64,000 bases of DNA, from positions 207,638,001 to 207,702,000 of the forward strand of contig OZ024740.1 in NCBI GenBank assembly GCA_964016885.1. The letters run 5' to 3'. The notes beneath the pieces were generated by a model. That model had not been told where the DNA came from. It worked only from the letters and a program-made list of their open reading frames with translations, and did no database searches. This document shows positions 39,807-53,985 of the stretch, in pieces. This DNA is from Eledone cirrhosa (lineage: Eukaryota). Numbering within the stretch: the stretch's first letter is position 1; every line of letters begins with the position of its first letter. Position numbers and translations under genes: made by a program.

Positions 39807-41210
39807 CACTTTAATACATGAATACACTTACATCTAACTATACACATCAAACATATATATATATTTACTTATTTATATACATTTTCACATATATATACAT
39901 ACTTATGGACGTTTTTAGACACATTCATTATCGCATATTTGTACCTATTCTCATCAGCATATCTTTCCATTATTAGTGTGGTAATTTAAGGTTATTAATA
40001 TATGTTGAGAAGAGATTGTTTTTATATTTTTCTAACTAGATTAAGGTTTATATAGTTGGGGATGTCCCTCTTTTATGTAATATTCGGCTTGTAGTGGGAA
40101 AAAGGGGTTTTAGTTCTGTGACGGCAGAATAATGTTCGTTCAATTCTGTTATTCAGCAGTTTCTTCTTGTGTGTGATTATGTAATAAATCTCAAGATTAC
40201 ACAATTTGCAGAAATTTTGGCTCCTGGAAAAGCTTTGGGTTTTAGCTAATTTTTCCCATTTTAGGGTAAACTTTTGATCGCTATCCCTGAGCGTCCAAGC
40301 TTTTTCTGCTAAAGTTGTTACATTTCTTTGGCTCTGGTGTTTTATTGAGTAAGAATGCCTATACAATCGAGATTTAAACGATGTTGCCGTTGATCCCACG
40401 TAATACCACTCGTTGCCTCCGGATTTAATGGTACACTTATAAATAATATTTTTTTCCAGGCAGTTATTGCCGAGGGGGCAGTTGTCAGGATAGGTGCAGT
40501 TACAGTTGTGTACGTTGGGTTTTCTCTGGAGTAGTATTGCGGACGAACTTAGGTGTGGTTTATTTATGTTCTGTAGTGTATTGTTTACTGGTTTTTTTGT
40601 GTTCTTTGTACTTAAGTTCTTAGTGTTTTCGTTTAACCTTCTAGTATTGATCTTTTTTATGTGTTGTTCAAGGTTTAACGCTGTAGAGTATGACAGTCTT
40701 ATAGTGGTAGGGTTTAGGATTTTGTGGTATTTGTGTGATGTGGGAAAATGTCTTTTAATTATTTTAAAGAAGAGTACTGGTAAATTTGTACTAATGGAAC
40801 TATTGTATTCGGGGTTATCCCATAAGTACTCTTTGCATCGCTTTCTATTAGTTTTGTTTGTTGGTTTACTGGTGTGCATACTATGGTAGTAAGTGTGGTT
40901 TGGTGTTGTGTTATTATATCTACCTATGTGGGATTTATTTTGGGTGTTTTGATTGTTCCCATCTATGTACTTTATTTTGTTGAGGTAGCCTGCTTTACTA
41001 AGGGCGTTATCGTAGTACTCAGCGTGTTCCTTAAATACTTGTATGTTAGAAGATAGACCCGAGATTCTAAGGGAAATATTTTTAGGGATAGATTTAATTA
41101 TAGAGATGGGGTGGTTAGACCCAACATTTACGTATTTGAGATTTTCATTCAATTTATGAAACGGTTTAATCAAACCAGAGTTTAAATTGAGTGTGACATC
41201 CAGGAAGTTA
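38890..41210 (-). mobile_element. Penelope-like element 3' half (RT thumb and GIY-YIG)
   Basis: ORF 40073-41422 from INFLDVTL onward: CNCTYPDNCPLGNNC...IIYKC...YYVGSTATSFKSRLYRH...CKLC...CRH. Confidence 0.88.
39040..39159 (-). ncRNA. Type I hammerhead ribozyme with branched stem II
   Basis: TTATT-CTGATGA-A-ATGACAGT...ACTGTTAT-A-GAAA-CACGTG-TC-AATAA. Confidence 0.82.
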
Positions 41211-41537
41211 ATATGAAAATCTGGCTGATCAGTGGATCTGCTAATATGCAGATCTGACTGATCAGCCAGTCTGCTAATATGCAAATCAGGCCGATCAGTC
41301 ACTGTGTATTTTTGAAAATAGCATATATTTTCACTAGCTCTGACAGTTTGGCAAGTGAACAGTGAGCTGTACCGATGAAGGGTGATATCCAGAAACATTA
41401 GTATCTGCAGTTCTGTTCGCATGCCAACACAAGAGCAAGAATGAAGTATTCATTCTACTGACATGGCTATAAAATTGAGGGTTGTTTGCAAAATTGCAAA
41501 CGAATCGAATATTATTATTAATATTCGAAAAACTTAG

Positions 41538-41638
<101 letters not shown>

Positions 41639-41805
41639 TTGCGAGGTTTTTGATATGAAATCGTGTGTCGAAACAAATATTGTTATACTTGGGGAGGGTC
41701 ATATTGTTGTAATAATATTGCCAGAAATAATAACAGATCAGACTCACTGGCGTAGACATATAATACAACAAGAGGAACATATAATACAGCAGGAGGAACA
41801 TAATA

Positions 41806-41850
41806 TAACCACTGATGATGTTGCAGATGTACAACGAAAGAACTTTGTTA
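41806..41850 (+). ncRNA. Minimal hammerhead ribozyme (family A)
   Basis: TAACCA-CTGATGA-TGTTGCAGATGTACAAC-GAAAGAACTT-TGTTA, lying between inverted repeats. Confidence 0.6.
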
Positions 41851-42107
41851 GACTATATATATATATTTATATCTGTATTTCTGACAGTTGGTCAGTCAAT
41901 GATAAACATAAAGGACCAAATGAATTAACTGTGGAGATATAAAAGAAACAGAAGCGAAAACCAACCAAATATTGAGTGTGTTCTGTTATTATTTCTGGCA
42001 ATATTATTACAACAATATGATTCTCTCCAAGTATAACAGTATATATATATACACAGTTGAAAATTGCAAACTTGACTGTCACCAAACTTGACTGTCACCA
42101 CACATTA

Positions 42108-42146
42108 TGAACCTGAAGATTGCGAAAGCATGAAAGTACTTGTTCA
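42108..42146 (+). ncRNA. Minimal type I hammerhead ribozyme
   Basis: TGAAC-CTGAAGA-T-TGC-GAAA-GCA-T-GAAA-GTAC-TT-GTTCA; palindromic stem III AAGTACTT. Confidence 0.8.
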
Positions 42147-42298
42147 ATTAACACTTAACATTTAATATTCTATCATACTATTTCATTCTAATACCATTAT
42201 AAATTTTAAAGGATTGTAAATAAAACGAGTAAATCAGACAAAGTTGGAATTCCGCTTATTAATATAATCTTCTATACACAATCATACACACCCGTGTA

Positions 42299-42359
<61 letters not shown>

Positions 42360-42769
42360 ATATATATTGTTATATATGTAAATATTCATTCATTATTTAT
42401 TCAAAGTAATCCAAATTATTTTACTAACTGGATTAAAGGAAATAAACCGTACGCAGTCCCACAGTCCTTACTTTATCATAGTTTAGATTTCCAATTACTG
42501 ACAACTCTTCCTCTCTAGTTGATATGGCATTCAAAATAATTGTTTGTAATTTGTGGAGAAAGAAAAGCCGTTTACATCGACACCAGTATTTAACTGATAC
42601 ATTTTGGTATCAACTCTCAGAAGAATAAAAACCAAAGTTGACCACGGTAGGATTGAACTCAGAATGTATAAAATTGTAAGTAGATACCATTAAGTCCGCC
42701 ATCTTAACGATTCTGTCAACGTACAAAATATTAAAAACAATATTGTTTTTATTTTTTGAGCTCTTCTTC

Positions 42770-43293
<524 letters not shown>

Positions 43294-43413
43294 CGTTTTA
43301 TTTATTCATTAACTCTTTATTTATTTATTTATTAACTCTTTATTTATTTATTAACTCTTTTTTTTTTAAACTCATTTAATATAATGGTTACAGAACGAAA
43401 ACACTAACAAACA

Positions 43414-43593
43414 TAATTGTTTCTACTTTTGGCACAAGGCCAGCAATTATCCCAGTCTAATACTGGTACTTTATTTTATGGACCCCGTAAGGATGAAAGG
43501 CAAAGTTAACCTCGGTGGGATTTGAACTCAGATCGTAAAGGGACGTAACTATGCTGGAAAGCATGGCGTCCGACCCTCTACCGATACTGCCAA
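43414..43593 (-). mobile_element. SINE
   Basis: Reverse complement of the family consensus. Confidence 0.85.
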
Positions 43594-43759
43594 TTGAATA
43601 TAATATATACAAAGGAAAGGGAAAGGAAAAAAGGAAAAAAAGAAAGAGAAAAAATACACCAGCACGTAATACACACATCTTAGACCACAGAACAAAATAA
43701 TGCAGGCGAAAGAGTGGTAAAAAACGAGCCGCTACCAGAGTAAAAGATAGCAATATAGC

Positions 43760-44210
43760 GAGGAGCACTGGGAAACCTCTATAATAATTTTTGAGGCAAG
43801 CCAGCACGATCGCAGCGTTACCTGGGGTGATGGCGAGGCTGAGGTGCTGGAACAACCAAGTGCCCTCACGAGCATCACCAGTTACCTCTGCTTGGCGAGC
43901 CGCCAGTGAAGATAAGAATCTCGCTGTCAGTAGCCCGACTCCCACAAACGTCTCGAACGCCACAAGCTGGATAATGTAGTTAGCTGAGAGAACACGGTAT
44001 TTTAGGATTTTGTTCCGTTCAGCTGCGGATGCTGTAGCTCTCACTTTTACCTCTGCATCCAGGATGTGGGAAGAAGAAAAAACGAGTCACTAACTGTGAC
44101 GTCCCAGGTAAGGCACCTGCCTCTTGACCAGGAGCACAGAGTAAGACCGTCAAGTCTTTACCATCAATTCAAGACAACCCAGACGGTTCCAAAATTCAGG
44201 GGATGTTTGC
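43760..44210 (-). mobile_element. CRE-like non-LTR retrotransposon C-terminal (restriction-like endonuclease) fragment
   Basis: TWDVTV...ASAAERNKILKY...VAFETF...LFQHLSLAITPGNA. Confidence 0.65.
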
Positions 44211-44439
44211 CCGGGCCAAAGCTCTTGAGTGGTAATAGAGCAGTCTGTGTATGTACACGCGCGTGCGTTTGTCGGCGCTCTTAAATTAGAGACACGTGTA
44301 TGTGTGTCACTGTTTTGTAAGTTAAACATATATGTGTGTATCCCTTTCCTTCCTTCACACATACATTCGCACAAACACTCATACACATTGCGTGATGGAT
44401 GGGTGTACAGAAATCCCTCAAATTTATATACATGTGAAT

Positions 44440-45050
44440 TAAGTTCTACTGAAGCTGTTAGAGAAGTTCAAGTACCTTGAAGCCGTGTTCATGAGTGATG
44501 GAATGTAGGAGGCTGAATTAAGTTCAAGAATTGCAAAAGCCTCAGCATTCAGCAATCAGATGAAGGGGGTAGGTGTAAAAGCCAAACTCGCTGTCTTCCT
44601 GGTATTCCTGCCAACTCTTACCGAGGATCATGAATCTTGAGTAATGACCAAAAGAATACAATTGCAAATAAAAGTGGCAGAAATGGGATTCCTCCGAAGG
44701 GTCTTTGGAGTAACGTTACTCGATAAAGTGCATAACTCAGAGACCAGAGAGACACTCCTGGTAGAGCCGCTTCTTCTCCGAATTGGGAGATCACAACTCC
44801 GATATTATGAGAATGTGGTTAGAATGTCTTAGTAAAGAATCGCTGGACACATTTTATAGGCAAAACCAACTGGTATACCCTGAGGTAGACCCTGAGCAAG
44901 TTGGATAACATTCATGAGCTTGGCTGGTCACGCTTTGGGATCCAGCTGGATCAGTTTGAGATGTTTGCTACTGACAGACTCGCTGGAAGGAGTATTTGAG
45001 AAGGACTCTGCCCCCACGACCCTCTCAAAAATAAGTGGGTGAAGAAGAAG
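44440..45050 (+). mobile_element. Decayed RTE-like LINE 3' end
   Basis: IKVAEMGFLRRVFGVTLLDKVHN...VEPLLLRIGRSQLRYY, then a (GAA)n tail. Confidence 0.7.
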
Positions 45051-45053
45051 ATA

Positions 45054-45241
45054 TGACCGACATTTCCGTAAGACTACGTCAACACTCGTGGGATTTCGTA
45101 AAACATTGACGTGGTGTGACTTAAATTTTGTGATACTTGATAGCGTGACCTATTATGTTATCTTACAAGGGTTACATTATTGCGTTTTATCTCACCAGTG
45201 GAATTTATTGGAAAATGCACAAGCATACACATATACATCGT

Positions 45242-45313
<72 letters not shown>

Positions 45314-45450
45314 TATATATATTTATATATATATATATGTGAGTGTGTGTGTGTGTGTGTGTGTGCGCGTGCGTGTGTGTGCGTGCGTGCATGTGCGTGT
45401 GTGTATGTGTGTGTGTGTGCATACATGCACCCTACCCCTAGATATGTATA

Positions 45451-45505
<55 letters not shown>

Positions 45506-45704
45506 ATATATATACAACGATGTATATGTGTATGCTTGTGCATTTTCCAATAAATTCCAATGGTGAGATAAAACGCAATAATGTAACCCTTGTAAGATAA
45601 CATAATAGGTCACGCTATCAAGTATCACAAAATTTAAGTCACACCACGTCAATGTTTTACGAAATCCCACGCGTGTTGACGTAGTCTTACGGAAATGTCG
45701 GTCA
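45054..45704. repeat. ~190-bp inverted repeat around a compound microsatellite
   Basis: 45054-45245 versus 45510-45704, almost identical. Confidence 0.9.
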
Positions 45705-45744
45705 AATTTCCTCTGGGACGATGGAGTAGTGAATATTCAACCCA

Positions 45745-48700
45745 AGATGCCAGAACAGCTCGACTCCTTTCTCTCCTTCTTCTGCTCCTTCCACCCCTCC
45801 CTCCACTTCACCACCTCTATCTCCACCACCCACGTCCACTTCTTAGACATCTCCGTCGCCTTCGACCCCTCCCACCACTCCCTCGTCACCTCCGCCTTCT
45901 TCAAACCCACCGACTCCCACTCCTACCGCGACTTCACCTCTTCCCACCCTTCACACACTAAACACACTATTCCCTACTCCCAACTCCTCACGATCCGCCG
46001 CCTCTGTAGCCGAGATGCTGACTTTGAGTCCCAGGCCCTTTCCCTAGTCAGCCATTTCATCCGCAGAGGTCCCCCCCCCGCTCTCGTCCACACCGCTCTC
46101 ACCCGCGCCCGTGCTGTCCACCACTCCACCACCCCTCACCCCACGCCACCGCACACTCACCCACCGTTTCCCATTCCCCATCACCTACCACCCCTCCACC
46201 ATATCCCTCCACCGGACCATCCTCTGCCTCTTCCGACGCCTCCAGTCCGACCCCTCCACCTCCCACATCTTCCCAGCCCCACCACTCCCCTCCTTCAAAC
46301 GCGCACGCAATCTCCGCACCCTCCTCGTCCACAGCCCCCTACCCACCAACTCACGCTCCCCCCCGGTTCCCTTCCCTGTTCCAGGCCTCGTTGCAACACC
46401 TGTCCCCACATCACCAACACCATCACCTTCCAGGGTCCCAACGGCCACTCTCTCTCTGTCCGGTATGCCTTCCGCTGCACCTCCTCCAACCTAGTCTACG
46501 GACTTCGCTGCACGGAGTGCAGCGCAACCTACGTCGAACAGACTGGACGTCGCCTGGCGGACCGGTTTACCGAACACCTCCGAGATATTCGTCTCGGTGG
46601 TAGTTCCCCCATCGCCCGCCACTTTGGTGCTCCTGGACATTCCGCGCACACCTCCAATGCCACGGAACACCCGCGACTCTGCTCAGGGTCGAACAACGAA
46701 CCATCTTCACCCTACAGACCCACTCACCCCGGCCTGAACTCCCCACCCTTATTCCTTTAGCCCTCGACCCCCCCCCCCCCCCCCCCCCCTCCCTCACACA
46801 TATCCCCCACTAACACCACTAACACACCCCTCCTTTTCACCGCCCACCCCACAACTAACAATACTAACACCTCCACCCCACACCCGACCACCCTTTCCCC
46901 AACTAACATACTAACATCCCTCCCTTCTCCTCCACCCTCCCCTTATCACACGCACACACCCACCGGTACATATATACACGCGCTCACACTAAACACAGAC
47001 CCTACTACCACCACTAACCCTCACCCCCACACATCCACCCAACCACCCCGCAACTAACATCACTAACACCCCCCGACCCCACGCACACGAACACACACAC
47101 CCACTTACACCACCCACTCTACACGCAACTAACATCACTAACACCCCCCAACCCTACGCACACGAACACACACACCCACTTACACCACCCACTCTACACA
47201 CCCTACGACCACTGACCCCCACTCACATCCGCATTCAACCCTTTCCCCACCACCAGTATACTAACACCCACTAACACCCCTTTCACCACACACACACTCA
47301 TCCAAACACGCATACACACACCAGTACACTACACTCCCTCCACCGGCCCCACACCCTTCTCTCCCCGCTCCACCCACACCCTTTCTCACACATACACACG
47401 TCCCACTAACACCTCTACTAATACACACACACCCCCTCCTCACTCCAACTTTCACACCTACCCATTCCTCTCCCCTGTCCACCGCACCTCCGCACACACT
47501 GACACACCGACTTTCTTCACTTAACATTCTACCCGACTGCTGCTATGCACTTTCTCTGACCACCTTCCCGCACACACAGTCACACAACCCTCCTCCTGCC
47601 TTGACCCTCTGACCACTTCCTGTTGCGCGCGCACCCCACATCTCCCCTCTTCCGACCAACCCAACCACGGATTACACATATTGGACATCGATCCCTAGAA
47701 TCCACCACATCCCAAGGATATTACCCAGCATTCCACCACATCCTCTACGGAACTACCTTAAGGACTCACCCACTGACATACACTCAAAAAAATGTTTTCC
47801 CATACGCCACCTACATCCACAACACGCATAAACACCACACACACGTGCGTACCACCACATATTTACACACTCAGCCTCCGGAATCCTCTCCCCGCACCCC
47901 TATGACCCCTCCCCATCCACACACGCACACACACACCGACCTACACCCCACCCCACACACACCTCTTCCTGAACATGCAACCCCGTTCTTCCCCCAACTC
48001 TTACTTTCACATACACACACACACGTACACCTACACACACACACCACCTTCAGCCCTCCCCGCTCGGACATCCCTCCTCCCTCTCCCCACTCCACCCGCC
48101 ACCACCCCTACACGCCCACACCCTTCCACCACCTGTTTTACTTCATGTTTATTTTTATTTTTATTATGCTTTTATTTTTAATTTCGTTTGTACCGTTTCC
48201 TCTCACCCCTCTAGTGACCTACATTCCGCGGGCTCACATACATTCTCTGTGCGTGATTTGGCTCAGCTCAGCCAATCAGCGCCAGGGAAAGAGAATGTAT
48301 CCCTACGCGTTCTGAGGGAGAAATAGCCCGCAAAGATTTGAGGAATCTCACACTCTTGCAGCTTGACCATGCTAAGGTAAACACCACTTGTTCTTTTGCT
48401 CCTTAAGCACAAACAATATGTAATGACACAACAATTTTACTACGGACCTGGCCAAACGCCTCAGCCAGTCGACCGTATTTTCTCTTGTAATCTTAATTGA
48501 ATTATTTCATTATTCTTGGCATGCCAACTTAATTCACTTCTTAACCTTTGTTAATAAATTATGTAAAAACAAGCTAAAGTCGTTGTCGATATTCCTATCA
48601 TATCTTTCTACCAAACCTCGTTCCTCGTGGCAACCTTACCAACTTCTAAAAACTCTTTTCTGCTAAACTGGTGACCGACGTAAGAATTTTACGCAGCCTT

Positions 48701-51071
48701 TTTGTTCAATGCAACTAATGAAAATACAAAATATCCCTTTTTAAAGTTGTAAAAAAATTAGCAGTATTTCAAAAACTTTTCGCCACGAGGAAATATCAAA
48801 ATGGCTACCGACAAGTCCTGTCTACAATCAACAACGACAACAGCAGCAGCAGCAGCAGCGACAACATTGTTTGACCACTAACCAACAACAGGGACTAGTG
48901 AAATGGCAGCTTCATAGCCTTACCGACGCAACCACCACACATCATATTGTTGACTTCCACGCTTTCACTTGTTCTGTCGTCTCTACCGTTTGAAAAAGAA
49001 AAACAAATATGGAAGTAGTTTTTTTTTTTTTTAAAGAACAACACGTGGTTTAACTTTTGCGAACTCGCCAACGACAACATCTTGGAAAGAAGAAGAAATT
49101 GGCTGTATTTTCAAAATTATAGCCCGGAGGCATTTTTCTTTCCATACGGCTTCCTGCAATGCAAACAAGCAACATATGGCTAACTATTAACCAACACCAG
49201 GGAACGGCTTGTAACTTTACCGACGCAACCACCATACCTTCTGTCTCGTTACCACAAGGACTCGAGAAATTAAGACATTAGTTTTCTCACCATTATGGCG
49301 TCAGACGTGGCTGCCATATTGGTGACTATGTTCTTCAACGCTCGACTTCGACTCTACAGAAGATTCATTGTGACTTTGCTTTAACAACAACAACTCTACT
49401 AGCTCCCTAGTAAGAGCGATCCCAAAGAAAAAAGAAGCGAACTTTTTGTTAAAAGAAAGGAAACAATTCTTTCTTTCTTCCTTTTTTTTTCAGGCATTTA
49501 TTTTGGACATTTATTTTTTTTAAACTGTGTTATATGAAAATTCATTTCTCTCTATCATTGTATATGTGACCGCACGCACACATTTTCTTTGCTGTATTAC
49601 ATGCCTACATATATACACACACCAACATGTTGTTGTCTATGGTGTGTGATGTTCAAGCGTCGTAATATTCTGCGAGATCCCTTTTCACCTTCTGGAGGTA
49701 CCAAAACATGCTATCGACACTTGCAGCTTAATTCACCTGCACCGCAACACGAGAATGCTAATTGCAGCTGAACTCAAACAGTTTCGCATCTCGTTGCACA
49801 TTCATCGTCCATAACAACCTCTATCTTGTTATCTTACCCAACTCACCGGGAAAACAGCAAAAATAGAACTGGACTTGTCAGCATTTCCACCACTTCTGTG
49901 GATTCGCCCGAATTATGGAACTGCAACCCACCTACAGATTCAACTTGCTTTTTTTTCTTATCAAACCAACCAGCCATTTTTTCCTGGCTCCCTAGCACAT
50001 TCGGCAATACATCTGGGAGGCCAATATTTTCTCGCCTACCCATCATCTTCTTGCCAGCACTGGTAAACTACCATAATAGCTTCGTCCACAGATACTGGTA
50101 CAACACTTACCATTAACATTTAATGCAAGAACAGCAACTTCGCCCATGTCAGACTTTATCCGTTTTCTGTTAGACCTTTGGTGGTCACGTATAAACTACA
50201 AAACGGCTAGTCATTTGACAGCGGCTCAACACGGCCCGTAGCGCCTCATTTTTGTTCTTGCATGCATCTTTCTGCTCAATTATTTTTTCACTGATGTGCT
50301 CTTTCAGCATTTGTTCTTGCTGATTCAATAATCTGTATCGACTACCGTCTAGAAGGGGGGGATATAAACTGTACCTTGTGGGTCCTTGGCTTCATCGTTA
50401 ACGATTTTCGGCTAAAAGTCTGCTCGGAGGTGATGTGACCTACATTCCGCGGGCTCACATACATTCTCTGTGCGTCATTTGGCTCAGCTCAGCCAATCAG
50501 CGCCAGGGGAAGAGAATGTATCCCTACGCGTTCTGATGGAGAAATAGCCCGCAAAGATTTGAGGAATCTCATACTCTTGCAGCTTGACCATGCTAAGGTA
50601 AACACCACTTGTTCTTTTGCTCCGTAAGCACAAACAATATGTAATGACACAACAATTTTACTACGGACCTGGCCAAATGCCTCAGCCAGTCGACCGTATT
50701 TTCTCTTGTAATCTTAATTGAATTATTTCATTATTCTTGGCATGCCAACTTAATTCACTTCTTAACCTTTGTTAATAAATTATGTAAAAACAAGCTAAAG
50801 TCGTTGTCGATATTCATATCATATCTTTCTACCAAACCTGGTTCCTCGTGGCAACCTTACCAACTTCTAAATCTTTCTGCTAAACCCCCTTTTTTCTATG
50901 TCTCTCCACCACTCCCCTACACACCCTTGGAACTCTCTTTCCACACACTTTTCACCTGAAGAAGGACTTATGCCCGAAACGTCGTTCCCCACCACCACCC
51001 CACTCTCAAGAGCGTGAAACTAATAAACCTTTGTTCGTACTGCCTCTCTGTTTTGTTCCCGTTCAATTTTT

Positions 51072-51075
<4 letters not shown>
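45745..51075 (+). mobile_element. Penelope-like element 3' half with C-rich 3' region, interrupted by an LTR element
   Basis: VHFLDI, FKPTDSHSY, CSRPRCNTCPH, NLVYGLRC...YVEQTGRRLADRFTEH. The 3' region resumes at 50885 and carries CTGAAGA...GAAACGTC at 50956-50983. Confidence 0.85.
48213..50885 (+). mobile_element. Internally deleted LTR retrotransposon (probably Ty3/gypsy)
   Basis: ~455-bp LTRs at 48213-48668 and 50434-50885 are nearly identical. PBS-like TGGTGACCGACGT at 48669 (close to the tRNA-Trp complement); no intact ORF in the 1.8-kb interior; TSD not clean. Confidence 0.82.
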
Positions 51076-51108
<33 letters not shown>

Positions 51109-51109
51109 G

Positions 51110-51146
<37 letters not shown>

Positions 51147-51395
51147 CACACACACATGCATACTCACACGCACACGTACAACACACTCCCTCACCCTCTC
51201 TCACACTCATAGATGCCATTTTTGTAATTCTCCCTGATTGCACCCATCCCTGTTAGTAGTGGTTCTGATGATGAATATAAGAATAGGATATATAAACCTT
51301 AAGTGGAAACACGAAAAGCTGGTGACATTCCTTCCTAACTTTCATCATCTGAAGTGAAGCAGTAATTTGCTCTCTGGAAACCTGCAACCAAAGAA

Positions 51396-51436
<41 letters not shown>

Positions 51437-51460
51437 CCATTATATATATATATATAAACC

Positions 51461-51518
<58 letters not shown>

Positions 51519-51527
<9 letters not shown>

Positions 51528-52122
51528 TAAATCATGTCCTTAGAATTATTAGATAAAATATATACCATTTCCTCTCCCAATTAGCATAATTAACCATATA
51601 AAAAATCAATTAGACCAGGCTATAAGAATAAAGGCTCCTATGAAGAAATATTTGATAAATAACCGAAAGCGGCCTCTTCGCGGTGACCCCAATAGAGTAT
51701 TTATCCAACATTTCAACAGCATGTAGAAACTGACTAAATATACCGTCAACCATACACAACTAGGTGTAAATTTAAACTTAGAAGAAACGTGTACATACCG
51801 TAATTACATCTCTACCATGGTTTCGTCCGTATTTTTAGATATCCTATTGTTAGGATGAACCTAGAGTAACAGACTCTTCAGGAGACAAACTCAAGATTGG
51901 ACAGTTAATTTTCCAAAGCGATCGCTCCAAAATGTTGGATAAATACTCTATTGGGGTCACTGCGAAGAGGCCGCTTTCGGTTATTTATCAAATATTTCTT
52001 CATAGGAGCCTTTATTCTTATAGCCTGGTCTAATTGATTTTTTATATGGTTAATTATGCTAATTGGGAGAGGAAATGGTATATATTTTATCTAATAATTC
52101 TAAGGACATGATTTATGATATA
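51519..52122. repeat. ~190-bp inverted repeats enclosing an HHR
   Basis: 51519-51713 versus 51930-52122. Confidence 0.9.
51807..51887 (-). ncRNA. Canonical type I hammerhead ribozyme
   Basis: TGTCTC-CTGAAGA-GTCTGT...ACGGAC-GAAA-CCATGG-TA-GAGATG. Confidence 0.87.
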
Positions 52123-52212
52123 TTGCTCTGATTATTTAATTTATTAATTCTTCATTGAGCCACAACGTGACCGGTTGCCACATATATATCTATGACTTTA
52201 TGTATATGTAAA

Positions 52213-52272
<60 letters not shown>

Positions 52273-52276
52273 CGTG

Positions 52277-52390
<114 letters not shown>

Positions 52391-52859
52391 ACACTCCCCT
52401 GACTATGAAAATGTCGAAGTACATGAAGTCCATAACACCCCTTCGCTATGCATTTCCAATACTTTTAATATTTTTAATGCCTGCACTATTTTTAATGCTT
52501 ATATCATTTCTCCACACACAGACTATAACAATCATATAAAGAATTTGCCACCAGATCAACCAACCTAACACTCTTGTTTACCTACCTAAGTGCTTCTACT
52601 ACACGTAACTCTCTGCCACACTATATAAACAAGACGCACGTGCTTGCCACACATATAACATTTGCACTATATAACCGCTTATTTTCATGTTGTATTTTAA
52701 CCTGTATTTTTGATTGTACCTTTTAATATGAATGTAATCTCTAAGTGTGTACTGCCACTCTTAATGCTGTAATGAATGTTGATCCACAATATTTGCATAT
52801 GTATCTGTATGTCTCTTGGGTGAAAAGGAGGTCATATAACTGTTCACTCATTAATAAAT

Positions 52860-52906
52860 TGCTCCGAAGAATCCAAACCTCGGTTTGGAGGAAACAGTTG
52901 TAAGCA
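52860..52906 (+). ncRNA. Hammerhead ribozyme with U4C change
   Basis: TGCT-CCGAAGA-A-TCCAAAC-CTCG-GTTTGGA-G-GAAA-CAGTTG-TA-AGCA. Confidence 0.7.
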
Positions 52907-53110
52907 CAAAAATGTTTTGAACAGTTCTTTGATTCTTATATTTCATATAACTGCTCTGTAAATCATCTGATGTTTTTACATTGAGCTACTTAACTTACTG
53001 GTAATAAGGTAGTAATATATTACTGCCTACCACTATTTAGGGTTTGTATAAAAAATATATATAACTGCAAAAGGTTTTTGTATTTACACAACCATAAATA
53101 GTATAATTAA

Positions 53111-53151
<41 letters not shown>

Positions 53152-53178
53152 GGTTTCTTTGGTTGCAGGTTTTCACCC

Positions 53179-53221
<43 letters not shown>

Positions 53222-53259
53222 ACCCGCCCGTCCTCTCAATCTAGCTTTTTCTCATTCTT

Positions 53260-53295
53260 TCTTCTGATTAAGGACTAGCGTCCGAAACGTTAAGA
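53260..53295 (+). ncRNA. Minimal hammerhead relic (G8U)
   Basis: TCTT-CTGATTA-A-GGAC-TAGC-GTCC-GAAA-CG-TT-AAGA. Confidence 0.65.
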
Positions 53296-53412
53296 CCCTC
53301 TTCCTGCTATATCAAGCGTTAACCAAATATATCCCTTCTATATACTGTACCGATTATGTTGTTATTTCTGTTTACCTTTTAAACACACACACACACGCAC
53401 ACACACACACAC

Positions 53413-53548
<136 letters not shown>

Positions 53549-53692
53549 CAGGATTATACCAGTTCTAAACTAGTGGGACCATTATTCAGTGCTCAGTACT
53601 TGGGATAGTAGAGTGTAAATATAGTAGTGAGTCAGGGACAACAGCCGAGCTCTTTCTGTTTCGGTAGCAAATTCCAGACAGTCTGGAATATA

Positions 53693-53779
<87 letters not shown>

Positions 53780-53845
53780 GGTTTTCTCCCCTTTGGAGTT
53801 CACATGTGCTTTCAAAACACTGTGCGATCCTCGCGCAGAACAAAA

Positions 53846-53985
53846 TGCCTGTTGAGAAAGTGATATCCTTGTTCGATCATTATACCAAAAGCTTATTATT
53901 TTTTAAAGCAGACAGTATTATTGATTTAGGTGTGTCGCAGAAAGCCTATATCGGATTGTAGCATCAATTTAGAAGGGTCCGGGTA
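53846..53985 (+). ncRNA. Hammerhead ribozyme, U3-A8 core (family C)
   Basis: TGCCTG-TTGAGAA-A-GTGATA...TGTCGC-A-GAAA-GCC...GGG-TC-CGGGTA. The homolog at 14618-14670 (minus) has an intact ACCC/GGGT stem III. Confidence 0.65.

Noticed and set aside
41210-41422. N-terminus of the 449-aa ORF with 11-aa repeats
   Set aside because: Chance in-frame fusion of a MITE-derived segment with 33-bp repeats to a truncated PLE ORF.
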